Of a DNA stretch of 64,000 nucleotides, positions 11,641 through 21,870 are shown piece by piece (the first letter of the stretch is position 1; each line of letters starts with the position of its first letter). This DNA is from an uncultured Planctomycetaceae bacterium (GTDB taxonomy: Bacteria; Planctomycetota; Planctomycetia; Planctomycetales; Planctomycetaceae): assembly GCA_963813715.1 (NCBI GenBank), contig CAWFAK010000016.1, positions 320,001 to 384,000 on the forward strand, given 5' to 3'. A program made the translations under genes and the position numbers. The notes below the pieces were generated by a model. That model did not search any database. It was not told the origin of the DNA and saw only the letters and a list, made by a program, of their open reading frames with translations.

Positions 11641-12986
11641 GGTGGCGACTCTCGGTCGGTGGCGGGGAAGTCGTCGGTGGTGGCCGGTGAACGTCCGCGC
11701 TCGCTGAGGATCAAGTATGTCACGGCGAAAATGAGGGTCAAGCCGCAGGCGACGGCCAGAGTACTGAAGACGCCGTACCATTCAAACTTCTTGGCGATCC
11801 GCGCCACGCCATAACCCGAGGCGATGCCGCCCAAGTAGCCGGCGCCATCGAGCAGGCCGGCGGCCGTCGAGCTGCCGCGCTTGCCGCCCAGATCGAGGGC
11901 CATCACGCCCGTCAGATAAGTGTAGGGCCCGATCAAGAAGAAGGCGTTGACGGCGATCAGGCCCATCGCGAGCCACGGTTTGCCGCCGACATCGATCACG
12001 CCCATCGCGTAAAGCGAACCGGTGGCCAACACAAGCGACGGCACGACAACGCGTCCGTGTCGTCCGTGCAGCCGATCCGACAGCAAGCCGGCGACGATCG
12101 ACGAAACGCCCCCCGCGAGCGGAAACACCAGGCTGGCAATTCCCGCTTGCCCCGCACCCAGGCCGGCCACGTTTTTCAAAAAGGTCGGGCTCCATGTAAG
12201 AAACGCCTCGCGGATCAGGGTCAGCCCGAAGTTAATCCCGCAAATCGTCCAGAACAGGGGGCTCTCGAGCAGCGGCAGGAGCAGGGCGGCCAGCGGAACG
12301 GGGCCTGCCGTCTGTCCCGCTTCGCCAAACACGTTGTTCGGATTGGCGGCCGGCTCCTCCAGGCCCAGATCGCGTGGGCTGTCTCGCAGCACGACCGCGG
12401 TCAGGACGGCGATGACGGTGAGCGTGCCGGCCGCGATCAAAAAGACGGCCCGCCAATCGTTGAGGTGGGCGAGCGCCGTGCCCGGCGAGTGTTCGCCCAG
12501 CCAGACGACGCCGCCCAAGTAGAGGCGAATGAGAGCGTCGCCGAAGAGGAAGCTGAGCGACAGGATGCCCATCACCGTCGCCTGGCCGTTGAGCGGATAC
12601 CAGCGCGACGCCGTTTTCACGAGGGCCGGCCAACCCATCGACTGAAAGAATCGGCTCACCCCCCAGATCAGGACCAACAGCGTAAAAATGCTGCTCAAGC
12701 CGAAGGCGAGCGTGCAGCCGATCGTCGCCACCATGCCGACGAGAAACATGCGGCGGCCGCCGAGGTAGTCGACGACCACGCCGTTGATCACTTTTCCCAG
12801 CGCGTAGGCGGCCACGCCGACGCTGCTGATGATGCCGATCTGTTCCAGCTCGAGGCCGTGCGACGCGTCGACCATCAACGGCGTGGCGATCGACAGGCAC
12901 GTGCGTCCGAGGTAATAGCCCGCGTAGCCGACAAACAGGCTGGCGGCCGTGATCTCCTGCCAGCGACGCAGCCGCAACTCGGACAT
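11637..12986 (-). CDS. MFS transporter, organophosphate:Pi antiporter (GlpT/UhpT)-like
   Basis: GYAGYYLGR, YALGKVING, FQSMGWP, about 12 TM helices. Its stop overlaps the phnZ start. Confidence 0.85.
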   Translation of the reverse strand: MSELRLRRWQEITAASLFVGYAGYYLGRTCLSIATPLMVDASHGLELEQIGIISSVGVAAYALGKVINGVVVDYLGGRRMFLVGMVATIGCTLAFGLSSIFTLLVLIWGVSRFFQSMGWPALVKTASRWYPLNGQATVMGILSLSFLFGDALIRLYLGGVVWLGEHSPGTALAHLNDWRAVFLIAAGTLTVIAVLTAVVLRDSPRDLGLEEPAANPNNVFGEAGQTAGPVPLAALLLPLLESPLFWTICGINFGLTLIREAFLTWSPTFLKNVAGLGAGQAGIASLVFPLAGGVSSIVAGLLSDRLHGRHGRVVVPSLVLATGSLYAMGVIDVGGKPWLAMGLIAVNAFFLIGPYTYLTGVMALDLGGKRGSSTAAGLLDGAGYLGGIASGYGVARIAKKFEWYGVFSTLAVACGLTLIFAVTYLILSERGRSPATTDDFPATDRESPP

Positions 12987-13042
12987 CGGCGGTGAATTCT
13001 TCGAACCAGGCGGACGACAGGAACGACCCGAGCGACGGAGCG

Positions 13043-13118
13043 ACTATAACACGGGCGTGCCGTGCACCGCTTCGAGGTCGTTCCTAATAGACGTTCGCCG
13101 TGTGAAGAATTCGTGAAC
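13043..13118 (-). promoter_or_regulatory. Candidate promoter of the MFS-phnZ-phnX operon: 11-bp-period direct repeat plus extended -10
   Basis: Minus strand reads GTTCACGAATT-CTTCACACGGC (13118..13097) and TGTTATAGT (13051..13043). Confidence 0.4.
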
Positions 13119-13169
13119 TGTCGCCGCGAATGCGAGGCCGCTGGCCTGAGACCCTAACGGCAACACCGT

Positions 13170-13212
13170 CCGGACTGGCTGCCGGGCGCACATGCCCGAC
13201 AGCCAAGTCCGG
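13170..13212. terminator. GC-rich stem-loop downstream of the DUF1559 gene
   Basis: ccggact-ggctg-ccgggc / gcccga-cagcc-a-agtccgg inverted repeat. No clear U-tract. Confidence 0.35.
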
Positions 13213-13254
13213 CGGCGGACAGTCGGCTTTGAAATCAGCAGACCGCTCGAGCGG

Positions 13255-15035
13255 TTAGTTGTCGGGCCAGATGATCGGCTCGCGGCCGTCGCGCGTCAGC
13301 ATCGCGCGGAGCAGGACCGACGTAAATTTGGGCCCGAAGACGTGCGCTGCTCCGTCGGCGGTCGCACACGCGAAGCCGTCTTTGCGGTCGCCAAACAGCA
13401 CCGCTTTGGCGTCGACATTGTCGACATTGAGGTCTTCCGGCTTGGTCCAGGGGACGGCGTTTTTCCTGTCGGCGTCGACAATGAAGATCGTCATCGACGT
13501 GCCGTCGGGAATGTCCTTGATCGCGACCCCCTCCTTCTCGCCGAAGATCGTCCCTTTGCCGACGGGGACGAGAATCGTCGTCTTCCCCTCGGCCCGCAGT
13601 TGGGCGCTTGCCGGCTGATACGGCTCGGGGATCCGTTCAATGAGCCGCTTGTTGTGCGGGCTGTCCCACGGTTCGTTCAAATGGAATTCGTGATAGAGCT
13701 TCTGCTGATCGATCAAGGGCAGGATCGCGACGCGCAACTCAACAGAGGACGGCCTTCCGCGTCACGAATGGCCTGCGCCGGAAAGTGACTGTTGACGTCG
13801 TGATAGTTGTGCATCGCCAGAGCCAGTTCCTTGAGGTGATTCTTGACGGCAACGGCTTCCGATCGGTTGGCGATGCTGACGGCCGCTTGCCCGAGCAGCG
13901 TTCCCGCCGTCGACGCCATGAGCTGCTTGAGGTCGACTTGCACCGTGAGCTGGCTCCCCTCGACCTTGGGCGCCAACAAGTGCGAAACCTGCTCGAGAAT
14001 GGCGGCCACCGTCTTCGCATTCGGCGTCTTGTCGGCCGTGACTTGTTCAATCAGCACTTGCCACGCGCCAGAGAGCCAAACTCCCAGTGCCTGTGCCGAC
14101 GCCGCATCCTTGGAACCGATGGTCACTTTCAATCCCAGTGGATCCTGCGTCACCAGTCCGGCAGCGATCCATTGCAGACCATCGCCCAACGCCAACCGGC
14201 CCAGGTCGCCGGGGTGACGCGCCAACTCGGGAGGGACACTGCCCGCGGGCAAATGCTCGATCACTTTGCGCTCGGCCGCGGGATCGCGGAGGAATTCGCT
14301 TAGCACCCGTCGCTGGTCGTCGGTCGGCAAGAGGAAGGCTTGAATCTCCCGCCCGGCAACCGCCTCGAATGCGGCCTGCGGAATCGTGCGCACGGGTCCG
14401 TGGAAATTGGTGAGCCGTTCGATCGTGCGTTTCGAGCCGAAGATCAAGCTGCCGTCGCACTCGAGCGAGGCATCGGCGACGAAAAGGAAATTAAACCCGG
14501 GTCGCCCCGCGAGCTTGTCCGCCACGAACAGCTTTTCCAGGACCTGGCGGTTCGCCCCTTCATGCAGCGGAACGACCACGAACGCGCTATTGGCGAGATC
14601 GTCGGCGAGCGACAAGACGACCCACAGGTCGCGTCCGCCCGCGCCGCGGAAATATTTCACCCATTCGACGATGTCCTTCTTGTGGACCGCCAGGTCCTCT
14701 CGGTCTCGCTCAGTCAACATTGGCAGCGCTGCGATTTGCGCGATCGCCCCCTCGAGGTCCACCCGGGTTGTGTCGACGGAGAGCAAACCGCAGGCCTGGT
14801 CGTCGAAGAGCGACATGACCGCGGCGGGCACGTTCGGCTCGGCTGCCTGAGCGTTCGCCGTCGCGAAGCCCGATACGCAGCAGCCGATGGCCAGCAGCGT
14901 CGTCCACGCGGCTCGCGTGTATATTCGGCGACCGACAACACGGGGGCGGCGGACGGGTGGCGCTGACATCGTGGGCATGCTCCGACTCCGAAAAGGCGTA
15001 CGGGCGTTCGTATGGTGGTTGATGCGTGCTGTCAT
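13255..15035 (-). CDS. Secreted DUF1559-domain protein; frameshift near 13738
   Basis: NHLKELALAMHNYHD, GRPLLS|WRVAILP-like, EPWDSPHNK, DIPDGTSMTI, WTKPED, ADG. N-terminal signal-like segment. Confidence 0.85.
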
Positions 15036-16579
15036 CGGCCGCTCCCTGCGCTCTTCGACTGACGATCGTGGGCGATACTGATCTCGAAGACGAAGTCGGT
15101 CTGCTGCAGCGGTTCGGGCGCTCGGCTGCCGCGGCGAACTTCCAGGACAGCCGTGTCGCCATGGACCGTGTAGAGGAAGGGCTTGGCGGTCCGCGGATCG
15201 TCGGGGACAGGCACAATCGTGATGTCGGTCAACGATTGCGGCAGTTTGCCGCCATTCTTGGCCGCCAGCATGCGAATGGCTTCGATCACGCGGTCGGCCG
15301 CAGTCGACGTCTCGCGACGGATCGTCGCCTCGCTGACCGAACGAATGGCCGGGAGCAGGATCGCAACCACCGGCAAGATTTCGCGGCCGCTGAACGCCGG
15401 GCCGAGGTAGCCGGCTTGGCGTAGAGCGTTTTCCGACGCCTGCTGCCACCGCGCGCCTGCCGGATACGGAATCAGCGTCACTTTCCGCGTTTCATCGCAG
15501 GCGTAGCGGCAAATGCGGGCCTCATCGATGGCGATGACCTGACCGACGGGCATCTCTTCGACCTCTGCGGCAGGGAAGCCCGCAGCGATCAACTCCCGCT
15601 TAGCCCGCGTGTAACCGCGCAGAGCCTGCCCAGTCGCGACGAGCCGGTCCCCCCAATTCCCGGACACGGGGAGTAGGTTGTCCGAGGCAAGGCGGGTGAG
15701 CGTGCCATAGGCCTCGGTCACCTGGTCGGCCCATTGGAGCGCGGAATGTTCGGCGTGCTCCGGATCCTTCAGGAACGGGAAAACTCGCGCCGGATAGGTC
15801 ATTTCGAATTCGACCGCCAGGCGCGTTTCGGTCAACGGCTGGGGCAACTCGGTCAGCGCCCAGTACAGGTTGGGCGAGTGCGGCGCCGAGATGAAGGCGT
15901 GCACCTGTTCGTCCATCGTGCTGTTGATGGCCATGCCGACCAGGCTGGTGATGAGGACCTGCGTTTTGCCGAAGTCGTGAGCCAGCTGGTAGCCCATTCT
16001 CAGCGTGTCGACGGCATCGTCGTAGCGGCCGTCGGCGATTTCGAGACGGGCCTTGACTGCCAACCAGCGTGCCAGGCCGCGCGAGCGCTGCACTTCGTCC
16101 AAGAGAAATTCAAAGCTCTTGACTCCCGAGACACCCTCGAGACGCCAGTCCCAATTGCACTCCTCGCGACTTGTCGCTTCACGCAATTCGTCGAAGGCGC
16201 GAAATCCGGCCAGTGCTTTGCGAACGGCGTCTCGCGGAAACGTTGCCAGCGGGGCGGACATCCACTCCTGAATTTTGTTATCCATTCCCCCCTGATTGGC
16301 GGCTTGAGAAGTCGCGTAGGCGAGGATGGCCCGATAATAAAACGGCACTGCGTTTCCCGGTTTGCGCTCGCTGGCCGGCACCAAGAGTGTGTACTTGAAC
16401 GCCGGCTGCGGCTCGGCCGCCGGATCGACGTTCAATTGCACCACGGTCGCCTTCCCATTGTGAGAGGCATCGCCGGGGGGCGCGGCATCGAGCGTGGCTC
16501 GCGGCGCGGACGCGGCACTCGCGACGACTGCAAGTGTCGCCAGCGAGCCGAGCAGGGCGGATCTAGGGCGTCGAAACAT
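15032..16579 (-). CDS. Secreted alpha-helical hypothetical protein
   Basis: Intact ORF with a signal peptide and AAGGA RBS. ATGA overlap with the DUF1559 gene. Ends with VPDDPRTAKPFLY. Confidence 0.75.
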   Translation of the reverse strand: MFRRPRSALLGSLATLAVVASAASAPRATLDAAPPGDASHNGKATVVQLNVDPAAEPQPAFKYTLLVPASERKPGNAVPFYYRAILAYATSQAANQGGMDNKIQEWMSAPLATFPRDAVRKALAGFRAFDELREATSREECNWDWRLEGVSGVKSFEFLLDEVQRSRGLARWLAVKARLEIADGRYDDAVDTLRMGYQLAHDFGKTQVLITSLVGMAINSTMDEQVHAFISAPHSPNLYWALTELPQPLTETRLAVEFEMTYPARVFPFLKDPEHAEHSALQWADQVTEAYGTLTRLASDNLLPVSGNWGDRLVATGQALRGYTRAKRELIAAGFPAAEVEEMPVGQVIAIDEARICRYACDETRKVTLIPYPAGARWQQASENALRQAGYLGPAFSGREILPVVAILLPAIRSVSEATIRRETSTAADRVIEAIRMLAAKNGGKLPQSLTDITIVPVPDDPRTAKPFLYTVHGDTAVLEVRRGSRAPEPLQQTDFVFEISIAHDRQSKSAGSGR

Positions 16580-16599
16580 GGATCGTCCTTTCGAGGAAA

Positions 16600-17236
16600 T
16601 CATCCAGCCGAGTGTGTTGAGGTTTTGACTGCGGTGCGGTCCTGCAAGAAGGCGCGAAGCAGCTCGCGCTGCGTGCGCGGCTCATCCCGGATCGAATCCA
16701 GTGATTGCGCCCGAATCGGAGCCGGCTCGGGCAATGCGTCGACCCCATACGCGAGCACGTACGAGCGCAAACGGGGATAATTGGTCCCCGACGCCAGCTC
16801 ACGCGCGGCTTCGTCTCGCGACGGCGGCGCCAGCGCCAGCTCTTGGTCCTGCGTGGCTGTGGAACTGGCTGGCTGAGTCTCGCCGGCCGACGAGGGCTCG
16901 GCAGTCGCAACGCTGACCCCCGGCGTCACTTGTGTGGCCTTCGCGGTTCGCATGTCGACCGGGGCAGCGGCCGGCTGAGGTCGCGTCACCAGAATCACTG
17001 ACAGCACGGCCGCGGCGACGCTGCTCAGGAGCGTGGCTGCCGGCCACATCCATTGCCGGAACTGGGCCCCCCGGCCGAACGGTTTCGACCGAAGCGCGCC
17101 CGGCCAGGAACAGGAAAGAATCGCGATCGATGCTGCTGGCCGACGGCTTGAGCAGCGCCAAGGCCCGCTCCAGCTCGCTGCGATCTTCGATCTCTTCGCC
17201 GCTTATCTCTTGGTGGCTGCTGTTTTCGTCAACCAT
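16600..17236 (-). CDS. Putative single-TM anti-sigma factor; frameshift near 17055
   Basis: Overlaps the ECF gene end. ELERALALLKP...DRDSFLFLAGRAS, then a TM (WPAATLLSSVAAAVLSVILV). Confidence 0.6.
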
Positions 17237-17712
17237 GTGACACCCAAACTCTTTCGCAGAACGGCGAGGGCCGCCTCGTAACGGCGGTGGGCTTCACTCG
17301 ATGAGATGTCCGCAAACTCCGCGATCTCCTCGAACGTCAAACCGCCCCAAATTCGCGCAACGACCACTTCTCGTTTTTCGTCCGGAAGCGCCTCCAGCGC
17401 CCGGGCGGCCAGCTCGGCGTCGAGCGGGTTCTCGCCGTCGGCTTCGAGCCGCAACCGCGACAGTCCGATCGCCGTTTGCTCGTTGTGCTGCCGGCGGGCA
17501 TCGCGTCGAGCCGCGGAGATCGCCCCGTTCCGCACGACCCGATAGAGCCAGGCCGCCGGTCGGTCGGGCACCCGCCCTTGCCGCACGAGCTTTAAGAACG
17601 CTTCTTGGACGACGTCGGCCGGCGCCGGGATCCATTGGGCCGCGAACAGTTCGAGGGCCGCCGCGTGGCGGTCGAACAGTCGCGCGATCAGTTCCGGCGA
17701 GATTCGGCTCAT
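17203..17712 (-). CDS. ECF RNA polymerase sigma factor
   Basis: DVVQEAFLKL, AWLYRVVRN, REVVVARIWGGLTFEEIA. Confidence 0.92.
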   Translation of the reverse strand: MSRISPELIARLFDRHAAALELFAAQWIPAPADVVQEAFLKLVRQGRVPDRPAAWLYRVVRNGAISAARRDARRQHNEQTAIGLSRLRLEADGENPLDAELAARALEALPDEKREVVVARIWGGLTFEEIAEFADISSSEAHRRYEAALAVLRKSLGVTWLTKTAATKR

Positions 17713-18114
17713 CCCACGGAGCGTTTCAAGGTGGTCATTCAGGGGATATGACGCCGCCGAGAGAGTTTCATCCCGGCAAAAGCGTCAAAAAAATGGCAAG
17801 AAGTATGAGGAGAAGACGGGACACCCGGCCCGATTCGTCCTGCAAACCGGCATCGAAAGCGAAACTGGCCGACGTAACGACGGCTGCCACCGCAACGGCA
17901 TCAGGCCGAATCGCGAAAGTGGACGCGCGTCCTGCGAACGGTCGAAAACGGTGGCCCGCACGCCGTTCCGAGCGTAAATCCAGGCCATTTCTGAATTTTA
18001 ATGAGCACAATTGACGACGACGCAAGGCCGATTGGCAGGCCGAATTAACCGGAAGTCTGAAGATTGGCCAAGCCGTCCCGAGACACTACACGGCCCAATC
18101 GCCGCGTCTTCTTA

Positions 18115-18144
18115 TTGACCCCTGTGGCGTTCCCGTCGTATAAA
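18115..18144 (+). promoter_or_regulatory. Candidate sigma70 promoter for the autotransporter-like gene
   Basis: TTGACC-N18-TATAAA about 115 bp upstream of ATG 18258. Confidence 0.45.
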
Positions 18145-18257
18145 CCGCCTCCCTCTCGCCAGTCCTCTCTCCACATCTCCGTTCAATCACTCCCTCCGTC
18201 CTCACCGCCGGTTCGCCTTCCTGATTCGGCGGCGCACTCCCCACGCAGGTCCAACCT

Positions 18258-21200
18258 ATGCTCGCACCAACTCCGCGAGAGTTCGACCGTTTCGTTCCGC
18301 GCGCCCTGGCCAAACGACGGAACGTCGGCCGGGCCGCGTTGGCGATCGCCCTGATTCTTGGACTGCTCGTCTGGATGTGCGGGGTCGTCCGCGCCGGCGA
18401 CGACGATGACGACGAAGTAGACGACGCTCCCGTCAAGAAGCCGCCGATTCGCAAGACGTCCGACGACGATGACGAGGGCGATTCGACTGGTAAGAAGCTG
18501 TCGAGCGTGTCGTCGCCTCTCAACACCGGGGCGCCGAACGACGGCCTGGGGGTCGACTTCATCGGCGGATTTTCCTACGGCCAGGGCGTCGTCCAGGACC
18601 GGCCCCTCGCGCCGATCGAGGCATTTCCTTCGTTCCTGCTCAACGACTCGCTCTATTTCGGCGACTTGCGGTTTTACCCGACGATCGACGGCACCTTCGG
18701 CGGCAGCGCCGGCGCCGGCTACCGATACTTCAGCCGCGGGCTCGACCGCATCTTCGGCGTCAGCGTGTGGTACGACGGCGATGGCACGCGCGACGAGTAC
18801 TTCCAGCAAGTCGGCCTGAGCCTGGAAACTTACGGCCTGATCGATTTTCGCACCAACTTGTATTTCCCCGTCGGCCAGACGACCCAGCAAAGCGGGACAT
18901 CGATCATCAACGGGTCGCAACGATTCGTCGGCCAGAACCTGGCCTTCGACACGCTGACCACGTACCTGGCAGCCATGCGGGGCCTCGATTTTGAAGCGGG
19001 CGTCGGCCTGCCCGGCCGCTTTTCCCAGGACCACGGCATTCGGGCCTATCTCGGCGGCTATTACTACGACGACGATGACGGCGACCACATCCTGGGCATC
19101 TCGGGCCGCGTGCAGGCCAACATCTGGTCGGGGCTCGACGCGTCGGTCCAAGTCACCAACGACAACTACTTCAACACGCGGGCCTTCGTGAACGTTTCGT
19201 GGACCTTCGGCCCGCTGCACCGCTCCGAGCTTTCGCAGGCGACGACGGAAGGCCGCCTGGGCGAACACATCACCCGTAACTACACGGTGCTGGCAACCTC
19301 GCACAGCGACATCGTCGACCCCATTGCCATCAATCCGACCACGCATACGCCCTACGTCATCGCCCACGTCGACAGCAACGCGGCTCCCGGCGGCGACGGT
19401 AGCGTGAATGCCCCCTATCAGACGATTGCCGCGGCCCAGGCCAGCGGCGCCGCGGTCGTCTTTGTCCACGCGGGCAGCGTCTTTAACGGCAGCAACACCG
19501 TCGCCATGAACTCCGGCGAGTTTCTCTTCGGCGACGGCACGGGCGAACGCAATCTCCTGCCTATCTCATCCTACGGACAAATCCTCTTGCCGCATGGCCC
19601 CACGACCGGCGCTCTGCCCGTGCTCAATGGGTCCAACGGCACGGCCATCACGTTGGCGAGCAACTCGGTCCTGTCGGGCTTCACGATCACCAATCCGACC
19701 GGCGCAGGCGTCGTCGCCAACGGCGTCGGGGGCATCACCATCAAGGACGTGACCGTCAACGGAGCCGGTTCGGACGGCATTCAAATCGTCAACGCCAGCG
19801 GCAACTCGCTGCTCACCAACGTCAACGTGATCGGGTCGGTCGGGAACGGTCTCATGATCAGCGGCGGCGACTCGAACGTGCAGTTCAGCGGCAGCCTGAT
19901 GGGCAACCAGCTCCACGATCTGGCCATCGAGAACATCGGCACCAACAGCGTGATGAACATGGCCAACGCGCAATTCCCCAGCTCCGGCAGCCAGGGCATC
20001 TTGCTGTTGAACAACGCCGGCACTGTCAACTTCAGCGGCCTTTCGGTCGGCAACACCACCTCCAACGCCATCGACATCGAAGGCGAAACGGGCACTGTCA
20101 ACTTCACCGGCCTGACCACCGTTTCGGGCGGCGGGGCGGCCTCGATCCTGATCAACGGCCTCGCCTCCACGGGCGTCGTCAACTTCGGCACCATCGACAT
20201 CAACAACCGGCATGACGAAGGCTTCGTCGTCAACAACTCGGCCGGCAATGTCTACGTCAACGGCCAGACGACGATCACCAACGAAGGCGGCACCGGCGCC
20301 TCGGCCATCGACGTCAAGAACTCGACGGGCTTCGTCGACTTCATCGGCAAGGTCAACGTCGTTAGCTCCACGGTCAATCCGGGCGTGACGCTGACCAACG
20401 ACACCGGCACCACCAGCTTCACGGTGCTCGACGTGTCGAGCATCAACGGCACCGCGCTCTACGCCAATAACGGCGGTACCCTTGTGATCAACGGTGCCCA
20501 GGTGGCGGCGGCCGGTGGCACGATCACCGCCACGAACGGCGCGGCCCTGGACATCGAAAACACCACCATGAACATCTCGCTCTTCAGCGTGTCCAGCAGC
20601 AACGCTGCCTTCGGTATCAAGTTGCTCAACGCGCCGGGCCAGATTGCCATCTACGGCGACAGCAATGAGACGGCGGGCGCGGGCGGCACAATCGTGGGAG
20701 ACACGATCGGCGTCCAGCTGCAGAACGCAGGCACCGTCGGCTTGCTCTCGATGAACCTGACCAACAACGGCACCGGCGTCCAGTCGCAGGACACGACCTA
20801 CCTCGCGCTGACCAACTGCAACGTCACCAACTCCTCGTCGTTCGGCCTCAACGCACTCGACACGAAAACCGTCGTGGTCCTGAGCTCGACCTTCTCCGGC
20901 AACGGCGGTCCGAACGTCGCCACCCAGGTCGATACCACCGGCTCCTACGCGTTTAGCTTCCTGGCCAACAAGTTCACCTCGACGACGTCCGACAACGTCC
21001 AGGTGACGACGCTCTCCGGCGGGCAAGGCGCCACGGTTAACCTGGTCGTCCAGGGCAACACCTTCGAGAACGAGTCGGTCGGCACGGCCGGCGTGAACGT
21101 CAACTGGAACGGCACGCTCTCGGCCACCGTCACCCAGAACTCGTTCCTGGCCACAGGCGGCACCAACACCGGCGTCAAGATCGCCAACGGGGCGACGACC

Positions 21201-21683
21201 GATCTCTCCACCATCGCCTATACAAACAACCTGTTCACCAGCGAAGGCGGCAGCGATACGGCCCTCAACCTGGTGCTGGCGGGAACCGGGCAGGTCAACG
21301 TGGCCACCAACGGCGTGCAGTTCGGCGCCGAGAGCGGCACGGCGTTCCACTTCTCGATCGGATCCGCCTCCACGGTCAACATCACCGGCAACACCATCGT
21401 CGACACGTCCGACGGCGCCACCGGCATTTTGTTCGACACGATCGCCGCGTCCAGCAACCTGGCCCTCTCGGGCAACACCATCCAGCTGTCGCAAAACGGT
21501 GCTGAGCTGACCAGCGGCGTGATCATCTCGAACGTGACCGGCACCTCCAACGGCAGCCAATCGTTCTTCCTCGACCTGTCCAGCGCGTCGAACAACACGA
21601 TCAGTGGAGCCAACACGACCTTCTTCGCCCCGACGGGCACGACCGCCGGCGAACTGCTGATCAACGGCAGCCCGATGCCGTAA
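18258..21683 (+). CDS. Inverse-autotransporter beta-barrel plus right-handed beta-helix surface protein (1141 aa)
   Basis: Signal peptide, then an acidic linker, then barrel-like strands (GGSAGAGYRY, IFGVSVWYD, QQVGLSLE, FRTNLYFP, MRGLDFEAG). VDSNAAPGGDGS..PYQTI precedes long G/N/T/S/I/V-rich repeats. Confidence 0.8.
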   Translation: MLAPTPREFDRFVPRALAKRRNVGRAALAIALILGLLVWMCGVVRAGDDDDDEVDDAPVKKPPIRKTSDDDDEGDSTGKKLSSVSSPLNTGAPNDGLGVDFIGGFSYGQGVVQDRPLAPIEAFPSFLLNDSLYFGDLRFYPTIDGTFGGSAGAGYRYFSRGLDRIFGVSVWYDGDGTRDEYFQQVGLSLETYGLIDFRTNLYFPVGQTTQQSGTSIINGSQRFVGQNLAFDTLTTYLAAMRGLDFEAGVGLPGRFSQDHGIRAYLGGYYYDDDDGDHILGISGRVQANIWSGLDASVQVTNDNYFNTRAFVNVSWTFGPLHRSELSQATTEGRLGEHITRNYTVLATSHSDIVDPIAINPTTHTPYVIAHVDSNAAPGGDGSVNAPYQTIAAAQASGAAVVFVHAGSVFNGSNTVAMNSGEFLFGDGTGERNLLPISSYGQILLPHGPTTGALPVLNGSNGTAITLASNSVLSGFTITNPTGAGVVANGVGGITIKDVTVNGAGSDGIQIVNASGNSLLTNVNVIGSVGNGLMISGGDSNVQFSGSLMGNQLHDLAIENIGTNSVMNMANAQFPSSGSQGILLLNNAGTVNFSGLSVGNTTSNAIDIEGETGTVNFTGLTTVSGGGAASILINGLASTGVVNFGTIDINNRHDEGFVVNNSAGNVYVNGQTTITNEGGTGASAIDVKNSTGFVDFIGKVNVVSSTVNPGVTLTNDTGTTSFTVLDVSSINGTALYANNGGTLVINGAQVAAAGGTITATNGAALDIENTTMNISLFSVSSSNAAFGIKLLNAPGQIAIYGDSNETAGAGGTIVGDTIGVQLQNAGTVGLLSMNLTNNGTGVQSQDTTYLALTNCNVTNSSSFGLNALDTKTVVVLSSTFSGNGGPNVATQVDTTGSYAFSFLANKFTSTTSDNVQVTTLSGGQGATVNLVVQGNTFENESVGTAGVNVNWNGTLSATVTQNSFLATGGTNTGVKIANGATTDLSTIAYTNNLFTSEGGSDTALNLVLAGTGQVNVATNGVQFGAESGTAFHFSIGSASTVNITGNTIVDTSDGATGILFDTIAASSNLALSGNTIQLSQNGAELTSGVIISNVTGTSNGSQSFFLDLSSASNNTISGANTTFFAPTGTTAGELLINGSPMP

Positions 21684-21812
21684 GCGGGCGGTCGGCGAAT
21701 GAGGGAACTGAGCGCGGGTGGACGGAGTCGCGGGGATGACGATCGCCCGGCCGCGACGAACGGCTCGAGCGCAATGATCCTGTCCGGCGGTTTGTCGTGT
21801 GATCCTGCACCA

Positions 21813-21870
21813 CCCTCGCTGACGCTTCGGGTAGTAGACGCAACTCACCAACCCGAAGCGTGAGCGAGGG
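21813..21870. repeat. REP-like inverted repeat pair (20-bp arms, 1 mismatch)
   Basis: ccctcgctgacgcttcgggt ... acccgaagcgtgagcgaggg between convergent genes. Confidence 0.8.

Noticed and set aside
17840..17890. Possible c-di-GMP-I riboswitch (GCAAAC...GAAA...GACG)
   Set aside because: The stem flanking GAAA does not pair, and the downstream consensus is missing.
18183..21851. Long antisense ORFs (18183..19469, 19566..21851) opposite the autotransporter-like gene
   Set aside because: Shadow frames produced by strong GC3 codon bias of the sense gene; no protein-like motifs.
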